From Leptospirales bacterium (lineage in GTDB: Bacteria > Spirochaetota > Leptospiria > Turneriellales > JAOUFE01), in contig JBEQLE010000003.1 in NCBI GenBank assembly GCA_040326155.1, forward strand, positions 45,387-109,386: 64,000 bases of DNA. The letters are read 5' to 3'. Position 1 is the stretch's first letter. Every line of letters begins with the position of its first letter. The notes below the pieces were generated by a model. It worked only from the letters and a program-made list of their open reading frames with translations, had not been told where the DNA came from and searched no databases. The position numbers and the translations under genes were made by a program. Below are positions 10,231 through 23,571 of this stretch, piece by piece.

Positions 10231-10866
10231 ATGGCAACAGAAATAATAAACATACAATCCCCCGGTATAACGGAAGAAAAAATACGGTCTTTAAAAATGG
10301 GAGACATTGTCTCCATTTCCGGAACAATTGTAACCGGTAGAGACGTAGCGCACAAATATCTTGAAGATAATTTTATTCACAACGACAACCCCCCGGTTGA
10401 AGAATTAAAAGTTCTCGATGAACTTAAAAAAGAAATGGATGGTGGAATTATATACCACTGCGGACCAGTCGTTATGAAAGACGACAATGGAGAATATAGG
10501 TTTACCGCCGCCGGCCCTACAACTTCCATTCGAGAAGAACCCTATGAATATGATGTTATTAAACTATTAAATTTACGCGGTGTAATTGGTAAAGGCGGTA
10601 TGGGACCAAAAACTCTGAAAGGATGCCAGGACTTTGGAGCTGTCTATTTACACGCCATTGGTGGAGCGGCCACCTACACAGCCGGAAAAGTTAAAAAAGT
10701 AAACGCTGTGTTAAAACCAGAATTTGGAACTCCCGAAGCTTTCTGGGTAATAGAAGTAGAAAACTTTGAATGTATTGTTACGATGGACGCACATGGCAAA
10801 AGTCTGCATGAAACTGTATTGTCAGACTCAAAACAAATACAAAACAAATATAACGAAAATCGATAA
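10231..10866 (+). CDS. Class I Fe-S fumarate hydratase, beta subunit
   Basis: TGRDVAH, YHCGPV, AGPTTSIR, IGKGGM and MDAHGKSL motifs. Confidence 0.93.
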   Translation: MATEIINIQSPGITEEKIRSLKMGDIVSISGTIVTGRDVAHKYLEDNFIHNDNPPVEELKVLDELKKEMDGGIIYHCGPVVMKDDNGEYRFTAAGPTTSIREEPYEYDVIKLLNLRGVIGKGGMGPKTLKGCQDFGAVYLHAIGGAATYTAGKVKKVNAVLKPEFGTPEAFWVIEVENFECIVTMDAHGKSLHETVLSDSKQIQNKYNENR

Positions 10867-10880
10867 GAGAGATTATCCGC

Positions 10881-12158
10881 TTGCGCAGTGTTAAACTTAT
10901 TATCACAGGAAGCGAAGTAACCAACGGTTATATACAAGATACAAATACGGGTTTTTTTGCCCGACAGATCTACTCTCTTGGTCTGTCTTTAAGTGAAGTA
11001 CGCATTATACCAGACGATTTCAATAAAGCTCTGGAAACAGTAAAAGATCTGTCAAATGGAAAAGACCTCATAATAATGACGGGCGGTCTTGGACCAACGG
11101 ATGACGATTTAACCGTCGACATACTCTCTAAATTTACAGGACGAAAACCGGTATCTGACGAATTTGCTCGTAAAAACATTGAAAGTTTAATGGAAGCAGG
11201 AACACTAAACGTCCATAACTCATCGATGAAAAATCGTCTAATACGACAAAGTAGAATCATTGAAGGAAGCATAGCCTTGAAAAATCCTGTCGGGTTAGCA
11301 CCCGGTATTTATATTCCTGAGCTGCCTTTAATTGCCTTGCCAGGGTTTCCACTTGAAATAAATGGAATCTGGCCCCAGGTCAAAAAGATTATTTCAACAA
11401 TGGCTCCGCCATCTCAACTGACAAAAACAATGGCGCTCTGGGGTATCGCTGAAAGTCGCCTTTTCGAAAGTATAAATTTTCCCCCTGAAGTTCACGCCGG
11501 GGTACACTCCTTACCATACGGAACAAAACTGTTTTTACGATGTGAGAAAAAAAAAGAACCTTTACTGGAAGAAACTTTGCTCAAAGTAAAAAACCTGTTT
11601 GAATTCAATATCGTTGAAAACCCTGTGAATAATTATATCGAATATTTAAAAGCAAATAAACTTACGCTTGGAACTGTCGAAAGCTGTACCGGAGGACTTG
11701 GGGGAAAAATTATAACTGACATACCTGAAGTATCCTCTGTATATAACGGGTCTATTGTTACGTATCATGATAATGCAAAAATATCTTGCGCGGGTGTTCA
11801 ACCAGAAACCATTCAAAAATACGGGGCTGTCAGTTTAGAAACTGCTGCGGAAATGGCGAAAGGCGGTTTAGAAAAACTCAATGTCGACAAATGTCTGTCT
11901 TTAACGGGAATCGCTGGTCCTGGCGGGGGCTCAAAGGAAAAGCCGGTAGGAACAGTGTATATTGCTATTGCGGATAAAAAGAAAAACCGGGCATATGTTA
12001 AGTGCTTTAAATTTCCATATGGACGAGAACGTTTTCGAATGGCGGCTATTTATGCCGGATTTTTATCCATGTACCAAAAAGATGTTGTATTTCAGGAAAA
12101 TGATGATAAATGGTTAAAAGAAAAAACGAGAGGAAATTTTACTATAATCGATCTATGA
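10881..12158 (+). CDS. cinA: CinA family protein (MoCF-like domain plus NMN deamidase PncC)
   Basis: GSEV..G..DTN, TGGLGPTDDD, ESCTGG and TGIAGPGG motifs. Confidence 0.92.
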   Translation: MRSVKLIITGSEVTNGYIQDTNTGFFARQIYSLGLSLSEVRIIPDDFNKALETVKDLSNGKDLIIMTGGLGPTDDDLTVDILSKFTGRKPVSDEFARKNIESLMEAGTLNVHNSSMKNRLIRQSRIIEGSIALKNPVGLAPGIYIPELPLIALPGFPLEINGIWPQVKKIISTMAPPSQLTKTMALWGIAESRLFESINFPPEVHAGVHSLPYGTKLFLRCEKKKEPLLEETLLKVKNLFEFNIVENPVNNYIEYLKANKLTLGTVESCTGGLGGKIITDIPEVSSVYNGSIVTYHDNAKISCAGVQPETIQKYGAVSLETAAEMAKGGLEKLNVDKCLSLTGIAGPGGGSKEKPVGTVYIAIADKKKNRAYVKCFKFPYGRERFRMAAIYAGFLSMYQKDVVFQENDDKWLKEKTRGNFTIIDL

Positions 12159-12518
12159 GGCGATTCCCTGCTTTAACGGGTACTCGATGTAGAACGAACC
12201 CTCGTTAATACTTTGCAACAATTGCTCCAGACGCGCCATTTTAATTATGCTTAAAACATTAATGTTTGCTCCAAATAACAGCAAAACATGGCTTGTCTTC
12301 TCCAGGTATTTTCGCAGCTTGATCAATAAACTCAAACCCGCCGTATCCATATAACCGAGTTTAGTCAAATTTACTGCAAAAACTGGTTCCGGATGCTCTT
12401 CTATTTCTTTTATAATTTCTGATTCCAACGTAAGAATTTGATCTGCATCCAAACGTCCAGTTATTATAAATTCAGTGGCGCCCATTCTGTGTTTAATAAA
12501 TAAATTTACGGTACTCAT
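12153..12518 (-). CDS. STAS domain anti-sigma-factor antagonist
   Basis: GRLD, VNLTKLGYMDTAGL (phosphoacceptor region, Thr in place of Ser). Confidence 0.85.
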   Translation of the reverse strand: MSTVNLFIKHRMGATEFIITGRLDADQILTLESEIIKEIEEHPEPVFAVNLTKLGYMDTAGLSLLIKLRKYLEKTSHVLLLFGANINVLSIIKMARLEQLLQSINEGSFYIEYPLKQGIAS

Positions 12519-12684
12519 ACGTTATATCAATAGGACGGCATTTGCCATGAATTAGCAACGAAAATAACTTACAAAATAATAATAATTATCAACATATACC
12601 GGTTCGCCAATATCGAAGGCGATCAAAACTGAAAAAGATATCGAACATCCGGCAAAACGGACGATAGTATAATTAGGTATTTAG

Positions 12685-13125
12685 ATGATCTATTCACTGC
12701 ATGTACAAAAAACCATAAAAGCTTTTAGCGCAATTATACTATTTTCCTTGTTCGCACCTACTTATTTCGGCGATACAAGAAGTGAACTTCGCTATTATGA
12801 ACTGGAGTTTAAAAAGGAACCTCCGCGTGTCTGGCCCGATACCCTGTTTGAAAAAACGGTCTGGCATAAAAAAGTTTCTCACCTGGTGTTGGAAGATAAA
12901 AAAGATCGATTCTTCGTTACCTTGCTCATGATTAGCCCTTATCCGTATAATTACAAATCTCAAAATTACGCCTTACATTATGAGTTTTTTGAATATGAAG
13001 AAGCCTTTGCAAAATTTGTCTGGCTGGATAATTTTATAAAGAACAACGGGGTTCTAAGAATTAAAATTCTGGGTAGTATGATTATCGAAGAAAAAATAAT
13101 ATATAAGGGCGATTCAGTCCGTTAG
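12685..13125 (+). CDS. Hypothetical exported protein
   Basis: 146-aa ORF with signal-like N-terminus filling the gap between divergent/convergent genes. Confidence 0.6.
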   Translation: MIYSLHVQKTIKAFSAIILFSLFAPTYFGDTRSELRYYELEFKKEPPRVWPDTLFEKTVWHKKVSHLVLEDKKDRFFVTLLMISPYPYNYKSQNYALHYEFFEYEEAFAKFVWLDNFIKNNGVLRIKILGSMIIEEKIIYKGDSVR

Positions 13126-14226
13126 ACGTCGGCGTATTCGATTTCCAAAACCGGTCATAATCTCATATGTTATTGTCCGGGAAGTCTGTGCAACCTCTTC
13201 CAAAGAGACAGAGTTTGGCCCAATCAACTCAACCCACTCTTGCAAATTAAAAACTTTACCTAACAAAATCTGATCCATGGTAACCCTGCCAAGCAAGGGA
13301 TGTTTACCGAATTTGAAATTATTCGATAAAGCCCTGGGAATTCCATCTGCGTAACCAAGAGGTATTACCCCCACATTTTCCATCTCTTCGCTAACCGTAA
13401 AAGTTGACCCATACGATATGGTTTCACCCTTTTGCATTTGGCGAACGGAAACAGGTCTCGCCCTCAATGAAAGAGCCGGCCTTAATGGGATTTTTTTCCC
13501 GAATTCATCCAGATCTTTTTTATTCTGAAAATATCCATAAAACATAAGGCCAGGTCGTATCATATCAAAATGAGATTCTGGATAAAAAACTGTCGCATAA
13601 GAGTTAGCCGTATGTAACAAAACTTCATCACGGTTTAGCTTTAGTTTCTCAATAAGGAATGACGATGTGGCTTTAAATTCGCTAATAATATTTTTCGTAG
13701 AAACTTCATCGGGAATATCTGCATTTGGAAAATGGGTAAATATTCCGGCAACCTGCAAATTAGGGGCAGAATTTAAAGATTCCACTGTTTTACTTTCCTG
13801 TTCTTTCTTTAAACCTATTCGCCCCATTCCAAGGTCAAGTTTTAAATGAACCGATAATTTCTGGTTTCGTTGTTCGGCCATTTTATTCAGATATTCGACT
13901 TGCCACACATCAGTTATACTCGGGGTAATAGAATATTCGAAAAAGATTGTTGCACTTTCTTTGTAAAAACCACCGAGGTTTAAAACCTGACCTTGCCAGC
14001 CCAGGTCTCGAAGCGTATAACCCTCCAATGGGTTTGCTACTCCAAGGTAGTCAATCTTTACTTCATTAAAAAATGGTAAAAGCTCCAAAATGCCGCATCC
14101 ATAGGCATTAGCCTTCACTGGTATTAAAACTTTCGTTGAATTTTGGCCACAACCTTGTAAGAGACGAAGGTTTTCTTCCAAGGCTTTTTTACTTATATTA
14201 AGTTCAGGGTAACAATCGAATTTCAT
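13114..14226 (-). CDS. alr: Alanine racemase
   Basis: PVKANAYG (PLP Lys), KLDLGMGRIG, RPGLMFYG, GYADG and GRVTMDQ motifs. Confidence 0.95.
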   Translation of the reverse strand: MKFDCYPELNISKKALEENLRLLQGCGQNSTKVLIPVKANAYGCGILELLPFFNEVKIDYLGVANPLEGYTLRDLGWQGQVLNLGGFYKESATIFFEYSITPSITDVWQVEYLNKMAEQRNQKLSVHLKLDLGMGRIGLKKEQESKTVESLNSAPNLQVAGIFTHFPNADIPDEVSTKNIISEFKATSSFLIEKLKLNRDEVLLHTANSYATVFYPESHFDMIRPGLMFYGYFQNKKDLDEFGKKIPLRPALSLRARPVSVRQMQKGETISYGSTFTVSEEMENVGVIPLGYADGIPRALSNNFKFGKHPLLGRVTMDQILLGKVFNLQEWVELIGPNSVSLEEVAQTSRTITYEIMTGFGNRIRRRLTD

Positions 14227-14241
14227 AAATCAAACTATCAT

Positions 14242-16326
14242 TTAAGCTTTTTTATCTTCGCCCATATATTCTTTTATGAAATCTGCTACTTTCTCCGGGT
14301 CCATTGGTTTACCAATATAATAGCCTTGTCCGTAATCGGCGCCTTGCTCTTTGCAAAAGTTGTATTGTTCTTCATTTTCAATACCTTCCACAACAACTTC
14401 ATAACTTAAGGCATGGGCCATTTGAATCATCGCACGAACAATGGCAGTACTATCTGGATCATGTGGTATGTCATCAATGAACGATTTATCGATTTTTATT
14501 TTATTAATAGGGAATTTTTTTAAATAACTCAATGAAGAATAACCTGTACCGAAATCATCAATCGAAATCGTAAAACCAGATTCATTTAATATATTCAGCA
14601 TTTCTATCGAATAATCAATATCATCCATAGCTATAGATTCCGTAACTTCAACAATTATTTTTCCATGATCAAGCTTTGCAACACCCAGAGATCTTTTTAA
14701 ATAATTAATAATGTCTGTATTTTTAAATTGGCGCAATGAAAAATTAATGGCAACTGATGTATCGATTCCATCTTTGAGGGCCCATCGTTGCAGCTGAAGA
14801 GTCGACTCTTCAATGACCCAGGCACCCATACGAATAATCATATCGGTCTCTTCCGCTATGGGAATAAACTCATCGGGTCTTATTCTCTTATCGCCGCTAT
14901 CCCAGCGTATTAAAGCTTCAAACGATGAAACTTTTTTTTCCTGTAAAGAAACGATGGGTTGATATTGTAAGATAAATTCATAACGCTCGATAGCTCGCAG
15001 CAAGCGTCCTTCCATTTGTAAAATATTTACGATTCTTGCCCGCATTTTCGAATCATATATTTCGGTTGACCCGCGCCCTTTTTGCAAACCTTTTTGCAAC
15101 GCCGTAATCCCATCCCGGTATATGTTGGCAGCTGACTCAAATGTTTTATCAACAAAAACCAGTCCGATACTGGCACTCATGGAAAACTCAGTTCCATCTT
15201 TTAGCAGCGGCTTTGAAACAATTTTATGGATTTTTTTAGCAATTTTATCAACCTCGGTAACCTCGGGATTATCAAATAGAATAAGCCCAAACTCCGAACC
15301 GCCCGTACGAGCCAGAGAATCGACATTCCGAATAATCTTCGAAATTCTTTCAACTGCACTAAGTAACGCAAATTCTCCTGCCTGCGGTCCAAAATTACTT
15401 GTAATTAACTTATGGTTTTCAAGCTCTATAATAATTACAACAAAGTTTTCTCCTCCGTTGCGGTGCAGTCGTGATACAACCGTTTGAATTCTATCCAGAA
15501 ATAATACTTTGTTGGGAAGCCCGGTTAACGCATCTTGCAATTTTTCTGCTGTGATATCAATAAGAGAACCCGCGATTTTTTGTACAGAACCTTCAGCATC
15601 TCGCAGCGCCTTACCTTGCACACGAGCCCATATATACGATCCATTCTTATGCAATAGCCTATGCTCGGTATATAACTTCGGCGTTTCATTAGAAAAGTGT
15701 TTATGTATTTCATCTTCCACATGGCTTGTATCTTCCGGATGAATTCGGTCAAACCACACTTCTGCCGTTCCCATAATTTCCTTAGAATCAAAACCCAGTA
15801 TTTCAGCCCATCTTGGAGAATAATAGACGGCATTTGTACGTAAATTCCACTCCCAGATACCATCATTTGTCGCCTGCAAAGCCAGGGAGTACCGCTCTTC
15901 GCTCTCTATTAATGCGGCAAGTATACCGGAACGTTGAATAGCATATTGTATGGAACGATTCAGTAAAAGTTTATCAATTTTACCTTTAATTAAATAATCC
16001 TGCGCCCCCATTTTAACTGCTTTCAGGGCTAATTCGGTATCGTCCACTCCGGTTAATATAATAACCGGGATATCGGGCTTTGGTTCGTGAATTTTTTCGA
16101 ACGTAGACAATCCATTCGAGTCAGGCAAAGTTAAATCGAGTAATATGACTTCAAATCTCTGGTTTTCAAGCGCAAGAAAGGCTTCGGCCAATGTCTCAGC
16201 TACAGTGACAACAAATCGACGTTGTTCGGACTTCGCTTCAGAATCTGAAACGCTATTAATGATAGCCTGTAAATATGTTTGGTTTACAGCATTGTCTTCA
16301 ACAAGCAAGAGTTTAAGCGTAATCAT
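14242..16326 (-). CDS. REC-PAS-GGDEF-EAL c-di-GMP signalling protein (probable phosphodiesterase)
   Basis: REC (LLVED, LLDL, YLIK), PAS/PAC, DALTGLPN with degenerate GGSEF, intact EAL and DDFGTGYSSL. Confidence 0.93.
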   Translation of the reverse strand: MITLKLLLVEDNAVNQTYLQAIINSVSDSEAKSEQRRFVVTVAETLAEAFLALENQRFEVILLDLTLPDSNGLSTFEKIHEPKPDIPVIILTGVDDTELALKAVKMGAQDYLIKGKIDKLLLNRSIQYAIQRSGILAALIESEERYSLALQATNDGIWEWNLRTNAVYYSPRWAEILGFDSKEIMGTAEVWFDRIHPEDTSHVEDEIHKHFSNETPKLYTEHRLLHKNGSYIWARVQGKALRDAEGSVQKIAGSLIDITAEKLQDALTGLPNKVLFLDRIQTVVSRLHRNGGENFVVIIIELENHKLITSNFGPQAGEFALLSAVERISKIIRNVDSLARTGGSEFGLILFDNPEVTEVDKIAKKIHKIVSKPLLKDGTEFSMSASIGLVFVDKTFESAANIYRDGITALQKGLQKGRGSTEIYDSKMRARIVNILQMEGRLLRAIERYEFILQYQPIVSLQEKKVSSFEALIRWDSGDKRIRPDEFIPIAEETDMIIRMGAWVIEESTLQLQRWALKDGIDTSVAINFSLRQFKNTDIINYLKRSLGVAKLDHGKIIVEVTESIAMDDIDYSIEMLNILNESGFTISIDDFGTGYSSLSYLKKFPINKIKIDKSFIDDIPHDPDSTAIVRAMIQMAHALSYEVVVEGIENEEQYNFCKEQGADYGQGYYIGKPMDPEKVADFIKEYMGEDKKA

Positions 16327-16386
16327 ACTTTTTACACATCGAAACCGATGCTTTGTTAGGTAAAAATGGCTGTAACTCTTCGTCTA

Positions 16387-16773
16387 TTATTTTTTTTCTG
16401 CGTAAGCAATACGGGCTCGGTGCGCGGAGGTTTCATTTTCTACAAAATCTCTTTCTTCAGGAGCAATAATATGAGAAATCTTTTCACCCAGACTTTTTAT
16501 TTCAGCTTCCACATCAACGTGATCGGGTAAAATGGCTCCCTCGACTAAAACGCTTAAAGTGTCGTTTTTCACTTCAACGAATCCGCCATCGATAATATAT
16601 TTCATATCGGAATCGTCCATTTTAATAATCAACATTCCAGGTTCAAGCTCGCCAATCAGGTTGGTATGCCCCGCTAAAACTGAAAAGCTTGCATCGCTTC
16701 CCGGTAGTTGGACACTGCTTGTTTTACCTTCAAATAAAATTTCTTCAGGTGATATAACGCTAACTGTTAACAT
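16387..16773 (-). CDS. atpC: ATP synthase F1 epsilon subunit
   Basis: VISPE, VLAGH and GGFVEV motifs; operon position. Confidence 0.93.
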   Translation of the reverse strand: MLTVSVISPEEILFEGKTSSVQLPGSDASFSVLAGHTNLIGELEPGMLIIKMDDSDMKYIIDGGFVEVKNDTLSVLVEGAILPDHVDVEAEIKSLGEKISHIIAPEERDFVENETSAHRARIAYAEKK

Positions 16774-16797
16774 AAATACCCTCTTTTTATTATTTTT

Positions 16798-19100
<2,303 letters not shown>

Positions 19101-20624
19101 TTACTTTGTTATGCCTTTTTTATATTGATCAACAAAATCAGCTAATACTTTTTTCAATTCAACTTCATCGGGCAGGGTTTTCTTTTCAGTAATAGTCGCT
19201 AAAAATTCCGGGAAAGCACTCTCTATGTATTCCAAAAGTTTAGCTTCAAAATCGGTAATTTCAGATACTGGTATAGTATCGAGAAAGCCTTTTGTTCCTG
19301 CATAAATAGATATTACCTGTTTTTCAATTGAAAATGGAGCGTATTGGTCTTGTTTTAATAGTTCAACCAAACGCACACCACGATCAATTTGCTTTTGCGT
19401 CGCAGCGTCAAGTTCCGTTCCCAATTGAGAGAAAGCTTCCAGCTCCCTGAACTGGGCAAGGTCTAGTTTCAATGTTCCGGCAACTTTTTTCATTGCCTTA
19501 ATTTGAGCCGAACCACCCACTCGAGATACTGAAATTCCCACATCTACCGCTGGTCGAACACCTGCGGCAAACAAGTTTGGTTGAAGATATATCTGACCAT
19601 CGGTAATCGAAATTACGTTGGTTGGAATATAAGCCGAAACCTCACCAGCCTGAGTTTCAATAATGGGAAGCGCAGTCAATGAACCTGAGCCATATTTTTC
19701 ACTCATTTTCACGGCACGCTCTAATAATCGGGAGTGTAAGTAAAATACATCTCCGGGGTATGCTTCACGTCCTGGAGGACGTCGTAATAATAAAGACATT
19801 TGTCGATAAGCGTTAGCATGTTTTGAAAGGTCATCAAAAACACATAAGGTATGTTTTCCATCAGCATACATAAATTCTTCGGCCATCGATGTACCGGCGT
19901 ATGGAGCAATATACTGAAGTGGAGCGGCATCAGAAGCATTCGCTGTGACAATTATTGTATAATCCATAGCGCCGGCTTTTTCAAGTTTTTGTACTACGTT
20001 TGCAACGGTCGAAGCTTTTTGTGCAATGGCAACATACACACAAATTACGCCGTTTCCTTTCTGGTTAATAATAGTATCTAATGCAATTGCCGTTTTACCG
20101 GTTCCACGATCGCCAATAATAAGCTCTCGTTGTCCCCTTCCAATAGGAATCATAGCATCAATTGCTTTAATACCTGTTTGCATCGGCTCATGCACGGGGT
20201 GACGTTTGGCGATACCGGGAGCAATAATCTCAACCGGACGCGTTTTTTTGGCATTAATCGGCCCTTTTCCGTCGATTGGTTCTCCGAGCGGATTCACAAC
20301 CCGTCCGATTAACTCGGGACCGACAGGAACTTCAAGAATTCTCTCTGTTCGTTTAACAGTGTCACCTTCGCGAATATTTAAATAATCGCCCATGATCACA
20401 ACCCCGACCGAATTTTCTTCAAGGTTAAAAGCCAAACCAGTAGTGCCGTTCGAAAACTCCACCATCTCATTGGCCATTACACCTTTCAGTCCGAAAACAC
20501 GGGCTATCCCGTCTCCGACTTCAAGTACGGACCCGACTTCATCGACGTCGAGCTTTTTACCATACTCTGATATTTCTTTTTTTAGTACTGATACAATTTC
20601 ATCCGTATTAACTTTCACGTTCAA
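19101..20624 (-). CDS. atpA: ATP synthase F1 alpha subunit
   Basis: [15 protein letters not shown] and [23 protein letters not shown] motifs. Confidence 0.99.
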   Translation of the reverse strand: MNVKVNTDEIVSVLKKEISEYGKKLDVDEVGSVLEVGDGIARVFGLKGVMANEMVEFSNGTTGLAFNLEENSVGVVIMGDYLNIREGDTVKRTERILEVPVGPELIGRVVNPLGEPIDGKGPINAKKTRPVEIIAPGIAKRHPVHEPMQTGIKAIDAMIPIGRGQRELIIGDRGTGKTAIALDTIINQKGNGVICVYVAIAQKASTVANVVQKLEKAGAMDYTIIVTANASDAAPLQYIAPYAGTSMAEEFMYADGKHTLCVFDDLSKHANAYRQMSLLLRRPPGREAYPGDVFYLHSRLLERAVKMSEKYGSGSLTALPIIETQAGEVSAYIPTNVISITDGQIYLQPNLFAAGVRPAVDVGISVSRVGGSAQIKAMKKVAGTLKLDLAQFRELEAFSQLGTELDAATQKQIDRGVRLVELLKQDQYAPFSIEKQVISIYAGTKGFLDTIPVSEITDFEAKLLEYIESAFPEFLATITEKKTLPDEVELKKVLADFVDQYKKGITK

Positions 20625-20651
20625 CCTCTTGCTGTTGTATAATCTCTGTTA

Positions 20652-21260
20652 TTAGTCCGATAGTGAATTCGCTGTTTTAAGATCGATTCGCGACCCGTGT
20701 ACTCTCAATTTCCATTCCCGAAGGTATGTTTTTACCGAAGAGTCCCACTGGTAATCGCCAACACGTAAAATAACCCCGCCGAGAAGCGATTCGTCAGTTG
20801 TTAACCTCGGAATAAACTCGACAGTCTTACCATCAACAACGCCAAACTGGTCGCCGTGATTCTTAATCAGCTCTTCTACTTTATTTACAATCGCTTTTAT
20901 ATCTTTTTCAGGAAAATCGCGACTTAAAGTGATCAGGGGACGTACCCTGTTAAAGGCGATATCTACAAGTTCCGTAAAGCCCCGGGAAATATTATCGAGC
21001 AATGTTGTGCGTCCTTTATTAATTAAAACCAGTAATAAGGATAAAACCTCACCATCTATGGCTTTTCTAAAAGCGCTTTCTATTGCCGTTTTTTTCTTTT
21101 CCGCCGGAACTTTGGGCGACTCATAGAACGACTTTAATTCAGGGTTATCAGCAAACAGGGTGACGACCGTCTGCAAAGATTCTTCCATCTTTTTTAAATC
21201 GGCCCCTTCAATTTCTGAAAGCGCCGTTGAGTATCGATATGCCGCACTGTCTGTGTTCAT
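20652..21260 (-). CDS. atpH: ATP synthase F1 delta subunit
   Basis: RYSTAL and DESLLGGVILRVGDYQWDSSVK motifs; operon position. Confidence 0.92.
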   Translation of the reverse strand: MNTDSAAYRYSTALSEIEGADLKKMEESLQTVVTLFADNPELKSFYESPKVPAEKKKTAIESAFRKAIDGEVLSLLLVLINKGRTTLLDNISRGFTELVDIAFNRVRPLITLSRDFPEKDIKAIVNKVEELIKNHGDQFGVVDGKTVEFIPRLTTDESLLGGVILRVGDYQWDSSVKTYLREWKLRVHGSRIDLKTANSLSD

Positions 21261-21268
21261 AACCCCTC

Positions 21269-21787
21269 TTAATTATCACTTTTTAATCGTTCAAGCTCTT
21301 GCATGATGAGTTTTTTATGCTCAGCATCGTTAACATCTTTTTGTAAAACATTAGACATTAACTGCAAGGAAATTTCCACCGCTAAATCTTGTATTTCTTT
21401 AACGGCTTTCAATTTGGCTTGTTCGATATCATGTGAAGAACGCTCGCGAATTCTAGCCGCTTCGGCCTGGGCCTCTTCGGTTATGGTTGCTCGCGAGACT
21501 TCTCCGTCTCTTCTTCCCTCTTCTAGCAGATCCGCCACTTCTTTCTTGGCGTTGTCCAGCTTAGACTCATAATCTTTCAATAAGTCTTCAGCCTCATTAC
21601 GAAGTTTTTCACTTTTATTTAAGTCATCTTCAACTTTCGTATTTCGGGCGTCCAGAGCTGTTACAATTGGTGTCCAGGCAAAACGCCAAAGAACAAGCAT
21701 CACTAATGAAAAAGTGACAATTGTCCAGAAAACCAAACCGTATTCTACATGTAGTAGATCGAGAGAACCGCTGCTTAATAATGCCAT
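21269..21787 (-). CDS. atpF: ATP synthase Fo b subunit
   Basis: N-terminal TM helix (FWTIVTF...FAWTPI), LDAR and long coiled coil. Confidence 0.95.
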   Translation of the reverse strand: MALLSSGSLDLLHVEYGLVFWTIVTFSLVMLVLWRFAWTPIVTALDARNTKVEDDLNKSEKLRNEAEDLLKDYESKLDNAKKEVADLLEEGRRDGEVSRATITEEAQAEAARIRERSSHDIEQAKLKAVKEIQDLAVEISLQLMSNVLQKDVNDAEHKKLIMQELERLKSDN

Positions 21788-21804
21788 TACTAGTATTTAC
21801 TTGG

Positions 21805-22044
<240 letters not shown>

Positions 22045-22080
22045 TCAAATTAATTCTTAATAATCTATCGTTATTTCATT

Positions 22081-23055
22081 TTAGTGCCTGTGTTGCACTG
22101 ATGCTATAAATAAAGCCGTTAAAAACACAAATATATAGGCTTGTAAAAAGCCCACAAAAATCTCCAGCAGATAAATTGCCACTGAAGCGCCTATGCTTGC
22201 CGGAACTACACCCCAGCTTTGAAATTGAAAAATAAACCCGAGAAACACCAGAATAATCAAATGCCCGGCGGTCATGTTTGCCAAAAGCCGTATGGCCAAT
22301 GCAAAAGGTTTTGATAAAAGGCCAATGATCTCAATAAACCATAAAATAATATTAATAGGAAAAGGAACGCCTTTCGGTACAATATTTTTAATAAATGCAA
22401 TACCCTGGTGAATAAAACCTGCGGCCAAAATAAACATGAAACTCATTATGGCAAGAGTTGCCGTTACGGCAATATCACCAGTCGGCGTGGTGCCGGGCCA
22501 TAATTTCACCAAAAACGGTACTTCATCGCCGTGGCCACCTGCGGCATGAGTACTACCAAAAAGTTCAGAAACTTTATAAGCAATTTCACCCAATGGAGGT
22601 ATTAAACCCAGTAGATTACAAAACAAAACAAAGAAAAACAAAGTCAATAAAAACGGCTCGTAAGGCTTGGAAAGTTTGCCCATAGAGCCTCTAGCCACAT
22701 CAATTCTAATAAAATTTACAAAAACTTCGACTATTCCGGTAAATCTGGAAGGTTTACCATAGATATTTTTAGCGATTTTCCTGGCAGCTGGTATAAAGAT
22801 GGCAAACAAAAAGAATGATGCTATCCACATCATCATGACTCGTTTCGTTATGGAGATGTCATGCCCAAACACTTCCCAGTCTAGCTCCCAGATTGTACTG
22901 TCTGACAAGTGATGAGAAATTGTGCCGCTCATATCGAAACCGGCAGGCTCAGGAAATGATTCTATAGCGTGAGCAGACGCTTCTTCTAATACCGGTACTG
23001 TGTTTTCACCAGTTCCGCTCGAAGGAGTAACCAGTTGGGTTAAAAATGATAACAT
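22081..23055 (-). CDS. atpB: ATP synthase Fo a subunit
   Basis: NLLGLIP, KPFALAIRLLANMTAGH and LQAYIF motifs. Confidence 0.97.
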   Translation of the reverse strand: MLSFLTQLVTPSSGTGENTVPVLEEASAHAIESFPEPAGFDMSGTISHHLSDSTIWELDWEVFGHDISITKRVMMMWIASFFLFAIFIPAARKIAKNIYGKPSRFTGIVEVFVNFIRIDVARGSMGKLSKPYEPFLLTLFFFVLFCNLLGLIPPLGEIAYKVSELFGSTHAAGGHGDEVPFLVKLWPGTTPTGDIAVTATLAIMSFMFILAAGFIHQGIAFIKNIVPKGVPFPINIILWFIEIIGLLSKPFALAIRLLANMTAGHLIILVFLGFIFQFQSWGVVPASIGASVAIYLLEIFVGFLQAYIFVFLTALFIASVQHRH

Positions 23056-23378
23056 TATTTGGATAACCTCGTTTCAGTAATACCCTTGATTCCCGAAAGG
23101 GAAATAAACATATCAACAACCATTCCGCTTGTAATAGTAATAAAGAGCATCATATATGCAATTGTCCCTTCAGACTTTTCTATACTGTTTTGTTTTATGT
23201 ATAAATACAATATTGTACCGCAAATTAAAAAACCCATTATACGAATAGTTGTCCCTAACTGCCACCCTGACCATGGAGACAAGTCGTCCCCCTGCTTACG
23301 CATAATAAGGTTAATCAATACAGCAAACACTGAAGTTGCGATACCCAGTGCGATTGATATAATATATGACATTTCCAT
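23055..23378 (-). CDS. Probable AtpI-like membrane protein
   Basis: Small multi-TM ORF overlapping the atpB start, first in the operon. Confidence 0.6.
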   Translation of the reverse strand: MEMSYIISIALGIATSVFAVLINLIMRKQGDDLSPWSGWQLGTTIRIMGFLICGTILYLYIKQNSIEKSEGTIAYMMLFITITSGMVVDMFISLSGIKGITETRLSK

Positions 23379-23571
23379 TTAAATCTCGAAGCAAGCATAG
23401 CTGTCTCTATTGACATATGCCTTTCGGATAGAAAAAAATTCTTTGGTACAATGCCAACCACTTTTATAGTTTTGAATGTCAAACCAAGCTGAAATTTTCA
23501 TAAAAGTTGCCAGATTTTATAAAAACTGGCTCAAATTAAAATTTGCATCCGAAAAAACCCGTTTGCTTTCG

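Noticed and set aside
23059..23382. 107-aa plus-strand ORF opposite the AtpI-like gene
   Set aside because: Antisense shadow; the minus-strand ORF fits the operon and its TM pattern
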